64,000 bases of DNA from Azolla caroliniana. Taxonomy: Eukaryota; Plantae; Polypodiophyta. The stretch is from assembly GCA_043228905.1 (NCBI GenBank), contig JBHGNT010000041.1, positions 166,075-230,074 of the forward strand, written 5' to 3'. The first letter of the stretch is position 1. Every line of letters begins with the position of its first letter. Below the pieces are notes generated by a model, which did not search any database, was not told the origin of the DNA, and saw nothing but the letters and a program-made list of their open reading frames with translations. A program made the position numbers and the translations under genes. Shown here piece after piece: positions 37,331 to 50,199 of the stretch.

Positions 37331-40300
37331 TGTTACGGGCATGACCATATAATATCCCGTGGTGAGAATTGTCGTAGTATTCTATACACGTGGATAAGTG
37401 TGAGGGTTAAACAAAGAGTCTAAAGAAGGGGAGGATTACTTTTAATCCTCGGGATTGAGACAACCCATGAGGCCAAGTGTGAACATGGCTGGGGGCCTTG
37501 AGAATTACTATAAATAAGAGGCCTAGCTACCCTCATTGGGGCATGCATTGACTACGTCGAGACTCTGTCCGTGAGTGGAACGACTCTTGTAGCAAGCGCG
37601 CTATCGTCCAGGTACGACTCGACGCCAAGGCGGTGGTATGGGACGCCGATCGAGGCTCGAGTCCGTCTCGATCCCTTCGCTCGGGGGTGGTCGGGTGGAT
37701 CGGCACCCTTCTTTCTCTCTTTTCTCTCTATTCTTTCTAGATCTATCATTGATATATCCTTATTTTATGCTTACTTTAGTACCTAATCTCTAATATTTGG
37801 TATCAGAGCCTATGTACTAACGTTTCTTTTGGTTTTCTTTTTGTCTTCGCGTGGGATGGCGATTGATCGTTGTGCGGTCGCCTTCATGCAGACAAGGATT
37901 AGCGAAAGAACTTCGGTAAATTTTCCTTAATTTTTTATCTAATTTTTCTTCTCCCTTCTATACATGTGTATACTTAATATGTAGTTTTTTTTTTCATATA
38001 TTCAATGATGTTGACGTGGTATTTAATTGGTTATCTTAAACGTTTACATATGTCCACGAGGTCAATACCTCGTTTGACATATAAATCATATGTGATGAGT
38101 GTCGTATGCGTACGAGGTTATTACCTCAATTGCGTATTACGTTCACGAACATATGTTACGTTCGCGTACGAGGTCAATACCTCGCTTCGTTCGAAATGAT
38201 ATGCGTTGGATTTACTATGCGTAAGAGGTCAATACCTCAATTGCGAATTACGCTTAACCTTATTTTCGGATGTTTCGTGTGCGTAGAGGTATATGCCTCG
38301 ATTACGTATCCCGAATACATCATTGTTGGCTATATAAAAAAAAACGATTCATTTAGTATACGCATATGTGGTCACTTATATACGTCTCTGATCGTATATA
38401 TGTGATATATTGACATATGTGTATATTTTAGATTACGTGATTCATATCAAATGTTTTCCTAATTGGGGAGAGGATTTTGGTGGCCGTCCTCACATTTTTG
38501 TGAGAATGGCGTTGTCACCATCCCTTTTATCAACAATTTTTATTGTTGAAATTCCCGTTGGTCACTTTGATCTTTCGTTACGTAACGAACCTAGTATAGC
38601 CAAAATGATGTTGAATACGTCGGGCTTGATCCACATCAAGTAGGGTCGCTCTAATGACACACGTATCCAACATCTCCCCTCGTTACATGGATACGATGCC
38701 ACCATGAGCTCGTTCTTACGAGCGCCATTCGTAATGACGTGACCATGTGATGGGCCACATGAGCCTACGAAGACACAAGGGCTCATTCGGCTTGACCATT
38801 AGGTTACACTTTGGCATATGCCATTGTACTTACGAGGCTTGAGGGTAGGTAGCGTACAACCATAGTGGGTAATAAATGAGGGAGAAATAAGGCCACTTGA
38901 CCTATATGTTTCTTTTAAAAAAAAACATATAGGGGCAAATGCCTCGCATATCTCGAATACGCCTCAAACAGTAAACATTCAAGACGCGCAATCTACTTGG
39001 TTGGCTCAAGTGTTTAATGTATTTGTCCTCGAGGTCTCGAGTTCAAATATGACCAACACCATACAACATCGTTGATACATATGACTATAATACATGTTTA
39101 GACTTTAGGTCTAAGTGCACTTCGGGGTCCTCGTAATAGGACTTAAAGAGCCGAAACCACATATGTGGGCACAGAAACATAGTTATTGTTAACATTTTTT
39201 TCGTGTATAAACTATTCATGACGCGAACATACATGGTTGAGCCTCGGGGAGCCGCCATGAAAAAAATCGATATAGAGATCAGGGAAAGGCATTCATTTGT
39301 CACCCCCATGGTTTTTAAAACACCTCTGTGTTACCATAGTAACCTGATCTTGAACCTCATCTCATACGTCTAGAGGGGTATTGACGTGAGATCATGATAT
39401 CGATTAATGTTTGCCCATGATATGTTTACACCACGACAAGATGTTATGACTATTTGTCTGACCTTATCTTATTTCTTTGCCAGAAATAATCATTCAATGG
39501 CTCAGAATAACGACCCGATGCCCTCCGCTCAAGCGGAAAGACCTCAAGGAAATCCTCCTGGGACAATGTCCATTGAGGCGTATATTTTACAAGTACAACA
39601 TTTCCTTAGTTCAACCGCGCAGCAGTTGACCGAATTTCGGCAATCTCAAAGTGCTCTCGAGGCACGAGTCATTAGTCTCCAAAATGAGATTAATAGACCT
39701 GATGAGCGTCAGGGTGAACCATCCTTTGTCGTAAAGCCATTTACGGGAGATAAAAAGGAAAGAACCGAAGAAGCAATCTGCACGTGGCTGGGCCGATGGG
39801 AGTCTCCTTTTGAGCTCTATCCCACGCCAGATGGTACGAAGATTGCATATGTCGGCCGAGAACTAGGGGGTAAGGCCGCCGCTTGGTGGCGTGGGCTCCG
39901 AACTTTGGGGAGATTGCCCGAGACCTGGACAGACTTTGTCACAGTTTTCAAGGGTCAATTTCTACAACCTCCCTCTCGAACCGAGGCAGCACAAGCTTTA
40001 ATGAACCTCTCTAGCAGGAAGTTTTCCTCGCTAGAAGATTATGTCCACCATGCTAGAACCCAAATCCAAAAATCGGGTCTAGAAGGGGACAATTGGTTAA
40101 TAGCTTGTTTTGTCAATGGCATCCCCAATTCGGACTATCACTGGATAGTGCACGATAAGGATCCAAAATCCTTCGAAGAGGCCGTTGAGATAGTTCTTCA
40201 CTATCAACGCACTTCGAAGAAGGACCATAACAAACCCAACGAAGCGCCCGGGACTAAGCAGTCGCAATTCGTTGGGAAACGCAAGACACCCAACGAATTC

Positions 40301-43300
40301 ATGGATCGCGATTATAAGCGACAACATCCTTTTTGCGTATTCTGCAAAAAGAAGGGTCATACAAAAGAGCAATGTCGTAAGCTCCAACGAAAAGAGCACG
40401 ACGCCAAACCTAAAGCTACAGATCATAAAGGTCAGATTCCTAATGTCCTTCAGGTCTATACACATCATTTGAGTAATTGTCAATGTTCTTTCCCTCATTA
40501 TGTATTGGGTCCCAATGATTTACTACGTGCAAACGGGTATATCAATGGATCTCCCGTACAATTTTTATTTGATTCGGGAAGCTCACACAATTTTGTGAAT
40601 GATCGTTTGGTACAGATATGGGGAATCCAACCCACCGTAAGTGATCACACCTACACGGTGCACTTGGCTGATGGAAGAGTACAACACATCAACGGGGCGA
40701 TTCATTCTTTAGGAATTTCTATTGATACCTATATAGAGGAAGTAGACTTCCATGTAATGAATCTTAGTACCACCGATGTAATACTGGGTTATCCCTGGTT
40801 TTATAATAAAAGCTCTTCTTTATTTATTGATTGGGTTCGCCATTCCATTTCTTTTGTACTCAACGATTGTACGCATTTTATTCAATGTGTAACAAAACAA
40901 TCCCTCTCGATTGTTTCCTCGTGTCCATCAATATCCGAGTTGTCTTGTTCTACGTTATTTTATTGTGTACTTGATCCGGACATTCACGTTTACAATATCG
41001 ATAATGTCTCGGGTCAATTAACATATTTTGAACAAAAACAACTTGATGAAATCGTAAACGATTTTCGTGATGTTTTTCCGAGTGAACTACCCGATGGTTT
41101 ACCTCCTAAACGTAATATAGACCATCGTATAGATATTGTACCTGGCATTGCACCCATTAGTATACCTCCGTATCGCCTAAGTCGATCTGAAGAGGATGAG
41201 GTAGCTAAGCAACTTAAGGACTATTTACGAATGGGTTATATACGTTATAGTAAATCTCCATGGGGTGCACCAGTTCTCTTGGTTAAAAAGAAAGAGGGCA
41301 CATGGCGTATGTGTATTAATTACCGACGCTTGAATAAAGTGACGATCAAGAATTCGTACCCATTGCCCCGGGCTGACGATCTAATTGACCGTCTCCAGGG
41401 AGCTCGGTATTTTACGAAACTTGATCTCCGTACTGGCTACCATCAAATACGAATAAGTGAGGACGATGTTCCTAAAACAGCATTTCGTACGCGCTACGGC
41501 CATTATGAGTTTTTGGTTATGCCTTTTGGTTTGACCAATGCTCCGGCTACATTTCAACAAGAAATGAATGACATTTTCCGAGAACAACTTGGAAAATTTG
41601 TCGTTATCTTCTTAGATGATATTTTAGTTTATAGCCGTACATTACAAGAACATGCTAGACATGTCCGCTTTGTTTTACAAATATTGCGTGACAAACAATT
41701 TTACGCGAAGATCTCAAAATGTGAGTTCTTCAAGAAATCAATTACTTATCTTGGACATCTCATAACCGAACGAGGAGTTGAAATTGATCCTTCTCGCATC
41801 GAGAAAATCAAGCTTTGGCCCACTCTTCGGAATATTCGAGAAGTTCGGTCATTCCTTGGTTTTGTCGGATTTTTGCGAAAATCTCTTCGTAGTTACTCAC
41901 AATTGACGACGCCGTTTACTGATCTTCTAAAAGGTCAAACGCGTAAGTCTACAAAACCTATTGTGTGGAATGCTACACTAGACCTCGCCTTTAAGGAACT
42001 CAAGGACTTGGTATGCAAGGCTCCTTCACTTCTTTTACCCGATCCTTCAAAACCTTTTGAGGTTGAAACCGACGCAAGCGATTATGCTATAGGTGTTGTC
42101 TTGTATCAAGATGGTAAACCAATAGCATTCGAGAGTAAGAAACTTGATTCTGCTCAATGTCGGTATACCGTTCAAGAAAAGGAATTATTTGCGGTTATAC
42201 ATGCGCTCAAAACATGGCGCCATTATCTTTATGGAAATCGCTTTGTGGTAACTACGGACCACGAGTCCTTGAAATATTTTTGTGACCAACAAGACCTGAA
42301 AGGTCGTAAGGCACGATGGGCTGATCTCATCCAGGACTTTGATTTTTCCATACGATATCGTAAAGGTTCCATGAATACTGTCGCTGATGCACTAAGTCGC
42401 ATCCGTGAAGTTAACATGCTTAGCTTCACTGAAATAACATCAGATCTTTATGATCACCTTCGAGGAAAGTATCCTGATGACAATTATTTTGCAAAATACT
42501 GGGCAAGAGTCGAGTCTGGAACAGACACCACCACACCCTCGAAGGAATACTTCCACATTGCTAACGGTCTGCTCTACCGTAATGGGAAGGTTTGTGTTCC
42601 AGATTTACCTGAGGTCAAAAAGAGAATTCTTTTTGAATGCCATGATGCACCCTCAGCAGGGCACCCTGGAATACATCGTACACTCGTTCTCATCTCCACT
42701 CAATTTTATTGGCCTAAGATGCGTCCTGACATACATAGCTATGTGACTAAATGTCACCAATGTCAGGTTAACAAAGCCGAGCGACTTAAAGCCGCAGGAC
42801 TTTTACATCCCTTGGACATTCCCAATAATAAGTGGGAAAGTATATCCATGGATTTTATTGTTAGCCTTCCTCGCACCCAAAAAGGTCATGATGCCATATG
42901 GGTTGTGGTTGACAGACTAACTAAAATGGCCAGATTTATTGCTACTAAAACCACGGTAACAGCTCCTGAATTGGCTTACCAATTCGTTGATGAGTTATTT
43001 CGTTTTTACGGGTTACCGATGGATATCGTGAGTGACCGAGATCCGAAGTTTACTAGTGACTTCTGGACGCAAGTCTTTAAGAAGTTAGAAACTACGTTGA
43101 GCATGAGCTCCACGGATCATCCTCAATCCGATGGACAGACAGAACGAGTAAATCAAATTATTGAGGACATGCTTCAAGCATACGTTGGTGCAAAACCAAC
43201 AAAATGGGAACGTTACCTCCCAATATTGGAGTTTGCTTATAACAGCTCCAAGCATACGTCGACGGGATATAGTCCTTTTATGTTGATGTATGGATTTCAG

Positions 43301-44381
43301 CCACGAGCCCCGATTGATGTTAATATACATCATGATGAGTTGCGAAGTACGCAAAACTTTCTTCGGGATATGCAAGATATGTTGCATATTGCACGGGATA
43401 ATATAAAAACAGCTCAAGATAGAGCGCGTTTTTATGCCGATCATCACAGGCAACCTCGTGTATTCAGCCCTGGACAGAAGGTATTTTTACGTGTACCTCA
43501 CAATTCTAAGACATTGTCTACGGGTAAGTGCGCTAAGTTAGCCCCACGGTTTTGTGGACCTTTTACAGTCCTCAAACGCATTGGATCATCAGCCTATCGT
43601 CTCGCTCTTCCCGATGGTGTTGGAATCCATCCAGTCTTTCATGTAAGTCGTCTAAAAGAACTTCTAGGTTCTGGCGACAATACAGTTACAACTGAAACTC
43701 TGGTTACTTCTGAAGATTTATCTTCTAAACCACATGTACCAGAAAGAATTCTCGATGTTAAAACAAAAAAATTACGTGCTAAGGAAATCCGAGAATTTAA
43801 AATAAAATGGATGGATAAATCAATCAAAGATGCCACATGGGAACGCGAAACGACTCTCAGAACTAACTTCCCTAACTTTCCATTGCAAGAGTGCAATGTT
43901 TTAAAGAGGGGGAGTATGTTACGGGCATGACCATATAATATCCCGTGGTGAGAATTGTCGTAGTATTCTATACACGTGGATAAGTGTGAGGGTTAAACAA
44001 AGAGTCTAAAGAAGGGGAGGATTACTTTTAATCCTCGGGATTGAGACAACCCATGAGGCCAAGTGTGAACATGGCTGGGGGCCTTGAGAATTACTATAAA
44101 TAAGAGGCCTAGCTACCCTCATTGGGGCATGCATTGACTACGTCGAGACTCTGTCCGTGAGTGGAACGACTCTTGTAGCAAGCGCGCTATCGTCCAGGTA
44201 CGACTCGACGCCAAGGCGGTGGTATGGGACGCCGATCGAGGCTCGAGTCCGTCTCGATCCCTTCGCTCGGGGGTGGTTGGGTGGATCGGCACCCTTCTTT
44301 CTCTCTTTTCTCTCTATTCTTTCTAGATCTATCATTGATATATCCTTATTTTATGCTTACTTTAGTACCTAATCTCTAATA
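37331..44381 (+). mobile_element. Ty3/gypsy chromovirus copy 2: intact and very young
   Basis: 465-bp LTRs at 37331-37795 and 43917-44381, with one mismatch seen. TSD CTGAC. PBS TGGTATCAGAGC at 37798. PPT AAAGAGGGGGAG before 43917. Confidence 0.97.
39497..43930 (+). CDS. Single-ORF gag-pol with C-terminal chromodomain; stop codon lies inside the 3' LTR
   Basis: Uninterrupted ORF. The track start is 39407; the MAQ ATG at 39497 is shared with copy 1. All domains are present, including the chromodomain PERILD...FKIKW...DATWE. Confidence 0.95.
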   Translation: MAQNNDPMPSAQAERPQGNPPGTMSIEAYILQVQHFLSSTAQQLTEFRQSQSALEARVISLQNEINRPDERQGEPSFVVKPFTGDKKERTEEAICTWLGRWESPFELYPTPDGTKIAYVGRELGGKAAAWWRGLRTLGRLPETWTDFVTVFKGQFLQPPSRTEAAQALMNLSSRKFSSLEDYVHHARTQIQKSGLEGDNWLIACFVNGIPNSDYHWIVHDKDPKSFEEAVEIVLHYQRTSKKDHNKPNEAPGTKQSQFVGKRKTPNEFMDRDYKRQHPFCVFCKKKGHTKEQCRKLQRKEHDAKPKATDHKGQIPNVLQVYTHHLSNCQCSFPHYVLGPNDLLRANGYINGSPVQFLFDSGSSHNFVNDRLVQIWGIQPTVSDHTYTVHLADGRVQHINGAIHSLGISIDTYIEEVDFHVMNLSTTDVILGYPWFYNKSSSLFIDWVRHSISFVLNDCTHFIQCVTKQSLSIVSSCPSISELSCSTLFYCVLDPDIHVYNIDNVSGQLTYFEQKQLDEIVNDFRDVFPSELPDGLPPKRNIDHRIDIVPGIAPISIPPYRLSRSEEDEVAKQLKDYLRMGYIRYSKSPWGAPVLLVKKKEGTWRMCINYRRLNKVTIKNSYPLPRADDLIDRLQGARYFTKLDLRTGYHQIRISEDDVPKTAFRTRYGHYEFLVMPFGLTNAPATFQQEMNDIFREQLGKFVVIFLDDILVYSRTLQEHARHVRFVLQILRDKQFYAKISKCEFFKKSITYLGHLITERGVEIDPSRIEKIKLWPTLRNIREVRSFLGFVGFLRKSLRSYSQLTTPFTDLLKGQTRKSTKPIVWNATLDLAFKELKDLVCKAPSLLLPDPSKPFEVETDASDYAIGVVLYQDGKPIAFESKKLDSAQCRYTVQEKELFAVIHALKTWRHYLYGNRFVVTTDHESLKYFCDQQDLKGRKARWADLIQDFDFSIRYRKGSMNTVADALSRIREVNMLSFTEITSDLYDHLRGKYPDDNYFAKYWARVESGTDTTTPSKEYFHIANGLLYRNGKVCVPDLPEVKKRILFECHDAPSAGHPGIHRTLVLISTQFYWPKMRPDIHSYVTKCHQCQVNKAERLKAAGLLHPLDIPNNKWESISMDFIVSLPRTQKGHDAIWVVVDRLTKMARFIATKTTVTAPELAYQFVDELFRFYGLPMDIVSDRDPKFTSDFWTQVFKKLETTLSMSSTDHPQSDGQTERVNQIIEDMLQAYVGAKPTKWERYLPILEFAYNSSKHTSTGYSPFMLMYGFQPRAPIDVNIHHDELRSTQNFLRDMQDMLHIARDNIKTAQDRARFYADHHRQPRVFSPGQKVFLRVPHNSKTLSTGKCAKLAPRFCGPFTVLKRIGSSAYRLALPDGVGIHPVFHVSRLKELLGSGDNTVTTETLVTSEDLSSKPHVPERILDVKTKKLRAKEIREFKIKWMDKSIKDATWERETTLRTNFPNFPLQECNVLKRGSMLRA

Positions 44382-46361
44382 CTGACGAATTCGTCAAATT
44401 CTGTCGGGAACACAACATCCGACATGAATATACGACACCCTATAGTCCGGAGCAGAACGGAATTGCTGAACGCATGAATCGGACAATTCAAGAACGCATA
44501 ATATCCATTCTCCAACACTCCGGACTGTCGGATGGCTTCTGGGTGGAGGCTCTACTTACGATAGTACACATAATAAATATGTTGCCAAGTAGACCTCTAG
44601 GACTTAAAATACCTCAGGAAACATGGACCGGCAGTAAGCCGAATTATGACAAGCTGAGGATCTTCGATTGCGAGGCATATGCCCTCATACCGAAAGACGA
44701 CCGCCGGAAACTCGAACCGAAATCAAGAAAATGCGTTTTCCTTGGATATGGACCAGACGGCGAGATCAGATACCGACTCTGGGATCCCGAGCACAGACAA
44801 ATCATCCGAAGTTCAAACGTCGTGTTCAACGAGCCGGCTATGCATAAAACGGCCGAAAGACCTATTGAAGTCCGAAGGGTAATATTTTCCAAAGTGCCAA
44901 CCCTTCATGAAGGCCCAACCCACAAGACGAGATCGGTTTCACGGGTAACCGACACCTCTCGTCCTGAATCCACCGATTCAACACAGCCGAATGGCTCGGA
45001 TTCCAACCATCCAACACCTATACCCAGTGCCACCAGTCCAGTCATACCTCGAAGATCCGAGAGACTGTCGCAACCTCCGGAAAGGTACTCTCTCGGAATT
45101 TTCTTTACCGACGCCGGCGAACCGACGTCTTATGAAGAAGCATCGGCATTTGCCGACTCAGCCACCTGGCATTTGGTGATGGAGTCGGAAATGCACTCCA
45201 TTCGCGCAAACAAGACTTGGGACTTGGTCGAATTACCGGAGAATCGACGTGCTCTTCCGTGTAAGTGGGTCTATCGACTAAAAGAGACGTCCGACTCGAC
45301 CAACCCAAAGTACAAGGCCAGATTAGTTGCGAAGGGATTTCGACAAGAATATGGCGTCGACTTCGATGAAATCTTTTCACCTGTGGTGAAAATGACAACC
45401 CTTCGTTTCATGCTCGGCGTCGTGGCCGTCGACAACTTGGAGCTGATTCAGCTAGATGTAAAAACAACATTCCTCCACGGTGACCTACAGGAGGAAATCT
45501 ATATGGAGCAGTCGAAAGGCTTTGTGGCATCCGGCCAGGAACATCTAGTCTGCCGACTCAGGAAGAGTTTATACGGCCTGAAACAAGCACCCCGACAGTG
45601 GTACAAGAAGTTTGACGACTTCATCCAGTCGGTTGGCTTCTCCAAGAGCGATGAGGACCACTGTCTCTTCACCAAAACAGCTCAAGATGGGTCTCCCGTC
45701 TTCCTCATCATTTACGTGGACGACATGCTACTCTCCAGACGACATGCCAGAGAGGTCACCAAACTCGTTCGGAAACTATGGTTGAAGTTTGCCATGAAGG
45801 ACCTCGGTTCGGCAAGACACATACTTGGTATGAAGATTAGTCGGCATCGCGATAAACGACAACTTTTCTTGTCTCAAACCGACTACATCGGACGTGTCTT
45901 GGAACGCTTCAACATGCACTCAGCCAAGTCTGCTTCGACCCCACTCCCCATCGGACGTGTCTTGGATCGCAGAAGACTATTAGGTTGGTCACCTTCTAAG
46001 CATCCACATTGGTTGGATTGTGCCGGATATTCGTCCAAAGCACCCAATGGCCCAAGTGTCGAATACGAGTGTATAATGGCCGTATTCACGCTGTCCCTTT
46101 GGACAGCCCAAGTTTGGGCTATTTCTGTAAATAGCATAAAGGGCAGTTGCCCTAGGATAGTCACTATATAAAGTGACTTTGTAACCTTTAGTAGGTTGTT
46201 GGTTATCATTTGTAACTGTTGCTATTAAGAAATAAAACGTTTCTTTGTGCCTATCTCTCTCTCTCTCTTTCTCTGTGTGTATCTTGTTCATTCTCATACA
46301 CAGGTTCTTCAACATCACGGATGTTGTTTGTTCTTCCGCTCTGACGACCTTGTCCCCAACA

Positions 46362-46960
46362 CCAAGTGCAATGTGGGTATGAAGATATAATCTCGCCCAG
46401 GCACACAACCGAGGATGTCATCCACCTTGGAGCTTTGCTAACGTATTACCAGAGTTAGTGTACAAAACAATATTATTGTTTTCAAAACTCAAAGGCGTAC
46501 CTAGCTACGTATTCCTAGTTGTCCTGTCCCATGATCTTGTGGCTTTCCTAAACCCAATGTGTACAGTTCCAACATCTGGTGCTTCCTCATCAAGATATGA
46601 TGTAATCTCCTGACATTGGGTTGGGTACACCTCTTTCCATGTGACTTGGATTTTCTTGGTTTCGTTGGCGTCGATTCATAAAGTTGGTTATGTCCATAAT
46701 TGGTTGATAAACCACCACCATCTTCTAATATCACAATCCCTTCTTCTTACATTGCAATACCGAAGTTTGGAATCAACATATTTGTACAATCATACATTTT
46801 AAATGTCACCAATCTTTGAAGTTTCATACTTACATAAGATTCAGTCGCCACAACAACCTTTAACTTGAACTTTTCCATATGTTGGTCCTTTGTTGAGTCG
46901 TATATTGCCATCTCGTGAGCCATGAATTTGGCACGAATTCTAACTCTGTGCAGGTTCGGA
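46362..46960 (-). pseudogene. N-terminal part of the MULE4 Ulp1-like accessory gene
   Basis: VDDILGCVPGRDYIFIPTLH parallels ILGKVDDHDFIFIPIM of copy 2. The HEMAIYDS exon is also present. Confidence 0.65.
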
Positions 46961-48064
46961 GTTCTTTCTAATTAGCATGGAACTAGTTCACCACTCTCAT
47001 CTTTAGCTTTCTCATGTATGATTGACGAGATCTAATTTATTTTACCTCGGGATCCAAAAAATGCCAAATTGAATGTTATCTTTTGTAGTTGTTGAAGAAT
47101 GATGTGCCACGGTCTGCTCTTTCTAGGAGTCAATTGCTCCTCTTCTTCTATCTTCAATCTTCTTGGAAGCACTACATGAATTCCATATACCTTCCGCAAA
47201 TGCAAGCCTCCATGTCAGATTTCTTCTTAAACCACCATTGTTCTTGCCATCATGACTCAAGCACTATACACATCTAAGATTTGATCCCCCCTAAATCTCG
47301 ACCACACTTGAAGAACGAGAGTGGATCAAGTAAATCTAGTGTGACATACGCATTAGAATAAAGCAATACATACATAACTATTATAGGATTACAAGGATGT
47401 ACATCAACTCATCTTTTCGAGGTGCATCCAAATTTGATGTTTCATGTTTCGATATGGGTTCAGCTGATTAATCTCTCTCATTACCACTGCCATGTTGTTT
47501 TCAGCATCCATCTTGGCAGATAGTTGCTTATGGTACCCTCTTCTTATAAAAACATTGCAACCAAAACCAAAGTTAGCACACATCCATCACTATTGTTGAA
47601 AAATGAATCATGTCGTACCTCCCTTAATTAGGTCTTATTTCATCCCAATAAACATCAAACTCTTGGAACTCTTTGGACCTCGCAGCCATCTATAGAAGCA
47701 AGATAAAATGCAAATAATTATAATTTATGATCTTCAAAAACCACAAGAATCTAAACCCTAATACTAGATTCAGAAACATGCATCCATATTCAGAAACATT
47801 TGGATTACACTCTCTTACAATGTAGGTATATTCTGAATTCATGCCAGTTTTCAAAATGTAACATACAGACATTCAAAAATCATCCAATGCACGCAGACCA
47901 TTTTCAAGAATATTTTAACATTTTAGCAAACAAACCTTTTGAAGCAAACAAAAGTGGCAATGCAATAGCAAACCAATAAAATACATACATGACAAGTAAG
48001 CAAGACGCAATGCAAATGCAGATGCAAGTCCAAGTGGTTGGTAGGTGCAAGTCATTGGCAGGTG

Positions 48065-48065
<1 letters not shown>

Positions 48066-48125
<60 letters not shown>

Positions 48126-48320
48126 TACATACATACATACATACATACATGCATGCATGCATGCATACATACATACATACATACATACATACATGCATGC
48201 ATGCATGCATGCACATACACATACACATGCACATGCACATGCACAACACGTACACATAGAGACACATGAACATACATGCACACGTGCAAGCATGCATACA
48301 TAGAAGTACACACACATACA
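48066..48320. repeat. Compound (CA)n/(TACA)n/(TGCA)n microsatellite
   Basis: Direct reading. Confidence 0.95.
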
Positions 48321-48821
48321 TGGACACCCACATAAAATCCCCCTACCCTAATTGTGGTGCATTTGCCTTGTTACACTGCCTATATTTGACCATCTAACAA
48401 AACATTTTCTTCTTAAGCATATATGGTGACTACAACTACCATACATTTCCCCTTCTTGAGTGATTAGCAATGAGGAAACCCTATCATGTGCTTCTCCACG
48501 TGATCCCACACTACACGCAACCTGCAACACAATCACATCGATACTTTGGTGTTGCCATCATACATGGCCTTATCACTAACTTCTCCACACAATCCCAAGT
48601 GTGACTTTGGCACACATACTCTGCTCCTAGCTTGTCAACATTACCTAACTTCAATCTTGTAACCAACTACACTTATTAGACAAGTAGTCATTGATGTTGA
48701 CATCAAAGTTGTCTTCAACTTCCTCACTTTACTCTAGGAAGTAGAGAATTTGGATATTATGTGAATGCAATTAAATTGAACTCTTCAGTTTAGGTGCATG
48801 AGTCATAAAGTGTGGCAAAGG

Positions 48822-49260
48822 CGTTAGAGATTCAATCAAATATAAGCATGAAAATAAGGAAATAGATAAGAGAAGAAAGTGACAAAGAGAAAACGAAAGG
48901 TGTTGATCCACCCGATCACCCTTAAGCAAAGGGATTAGGACAAACCTGAGCCTTGAAGGACATCTCATACCACCACTATGGCTTCGATTCATACTTAGTA
49001 CTAGTGCGCACTCACCACAAAATCACAATCTTGATGTAGTCGAATAATCCCCAATAAGGACAGTGGGGCCTCATATTTATAGCCAAACTCAAGGCCCTCG
49101 TGCAAGTTCACACTTGGCCCTTAAGGGTTGTCCCAATCCCTAGGATTAAAAGTAATCCTCCCTTGTTTACATTTTCAATTAACCCTCACATTCTTATCCT
49201 CATGTGTAGAAAACTTCTATACAAACTACCACGGGATAAGTTATGGTTATGCCCATAACA
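48822..49260 (-). mobile_element. Old solo LTR of the same chromovirus family
   Basis: Colinear with 12232-12685 (GATCCACCCGA, AGGATTAAAAGTAATCCTCCC, ATGCCCATAACA). Near-TSD AAAGG/AAAAG. Confidence 0.8.
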
Positions 49261-49371
49261 AAAAGGGACTTTCTTGCCTTAAACCACATCAACTGCACAA
49301 AACAAAGGGAATGGAAACCAAGAAATGATGACTCAATACTTAAGGATTGATCAACCAAGAACATTCTTCTT

Positions 49372-49530
49372 TTGTAAAGGGAACATCTTGAGATAATTCC
49401 ACGAGCGAGAGATTCAATTGGTCTATAGGCATAAGCTTGAATGTTACCCTTACCATTGATGGGTTCAATCAAGGCATTTACAACATGACCTAAGAAAGAG
49501 TCACCAACTAGTGTTTGGGCAACCTTTCCC
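49372..49530 (-). pseudogene. atpA: ATP synthase alpha-subunit fragment, probable NUPT
   Basis: [52 protein letters not shown] resembles the plastid AtpA segment GKIAQIPV...LGRVVNALA.PIDGKG.I....RLIESPAPGIISRRSVY. Confidence 0.8.
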
Positions 49531-50199
49531 CTCACACCTAAGGGGCATCACGGGTAATGGAAGTGGGCCTATTCATTTCCATTTTATGAGGAGGCAAAGT
49601 TTACTTGTCCTAAACACCAAATACATTCATTGGCCCTTAAAACTCAAGGTAGTACTAACACATGTATGAGGTCAAACATATCAATGGGTGGCAACTTCAT
49701 GTCATATATTCCCCTTTATGTACTTAAGTACACGAAGGTCTAGTGTATGTGGATTTAGTAATAAACGTCTAACTAATAATTATGGTACCATTAGTGTTCA
49801 TTACGTATCTCACCTTGCTTGAAACTATTGGATTTTCAAGCTCGTCATCAACTCGTTTTATTAGCCAAATTCATAGCAATTTCTACATAATGTTGCATGC
49901 ACATGAGTGGGACTCATGTACATTTATACAAGGTCAACAAGTATGCATAGTTGCAACACTTGGCATACATACATACGATACTAGCAATTGTGCTAAAATT
50001 CAAGAAAAGATTGCAATTATATTAACCCATATGTGAGGGACACTGATGATAGGTTCCTACTTTACGTAATATCTAATAGCAATACCATAATAAAATTTGG
50101 TGGTTACTACATATATTTTGTACACTGGTTTCAAAAGTTTGCACTTTGATTGATAAGGAGGATGTTCACCCTCTTATATCACATGCTCATAGACATATA

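Larger units (their letters stand above)
34806..46361 (+). mobile_element. Ty1/copia element 2 (Tnt1/Tork-like gag), inserted in the Ulp1 gene and interrupted by gypsy 2
   Basis: The 5' LTR ends CCCAACA near 35097, followed by PBS TGGTATCAGAGC. 3' LTR about 45963-46361. Gag FDGSNFNFWKEQMQDYL from 35615. Integrase is split at DNGGEF. The left boundary and TSD (CAAGG/TCAAG versus CCAAG) are imperfect. Confidence 0.85.
27214..47760 (-). mobile_element. MULE copy 4, degenerate; hosts copia 1, copia 2 and gypsy 2; right TIR not found
   Basis: Left TIR GCTTGTGTCTA...GGTGAGGGAA at 27214. Same gene order as copy 2. The right boundary is approximate. Confidence 0.65.

Noticed and set aside
39695-39725. 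CTGATGA hammerhead core
   Set aside because: It lies within gag coding sequence and lacks a matching GAAA with flanking stems.
47904-48333. His/Cys/Met-rich ORFs (also 55025-55808 and 55701-56156)
   Set aside because: Translations of microsatellites.
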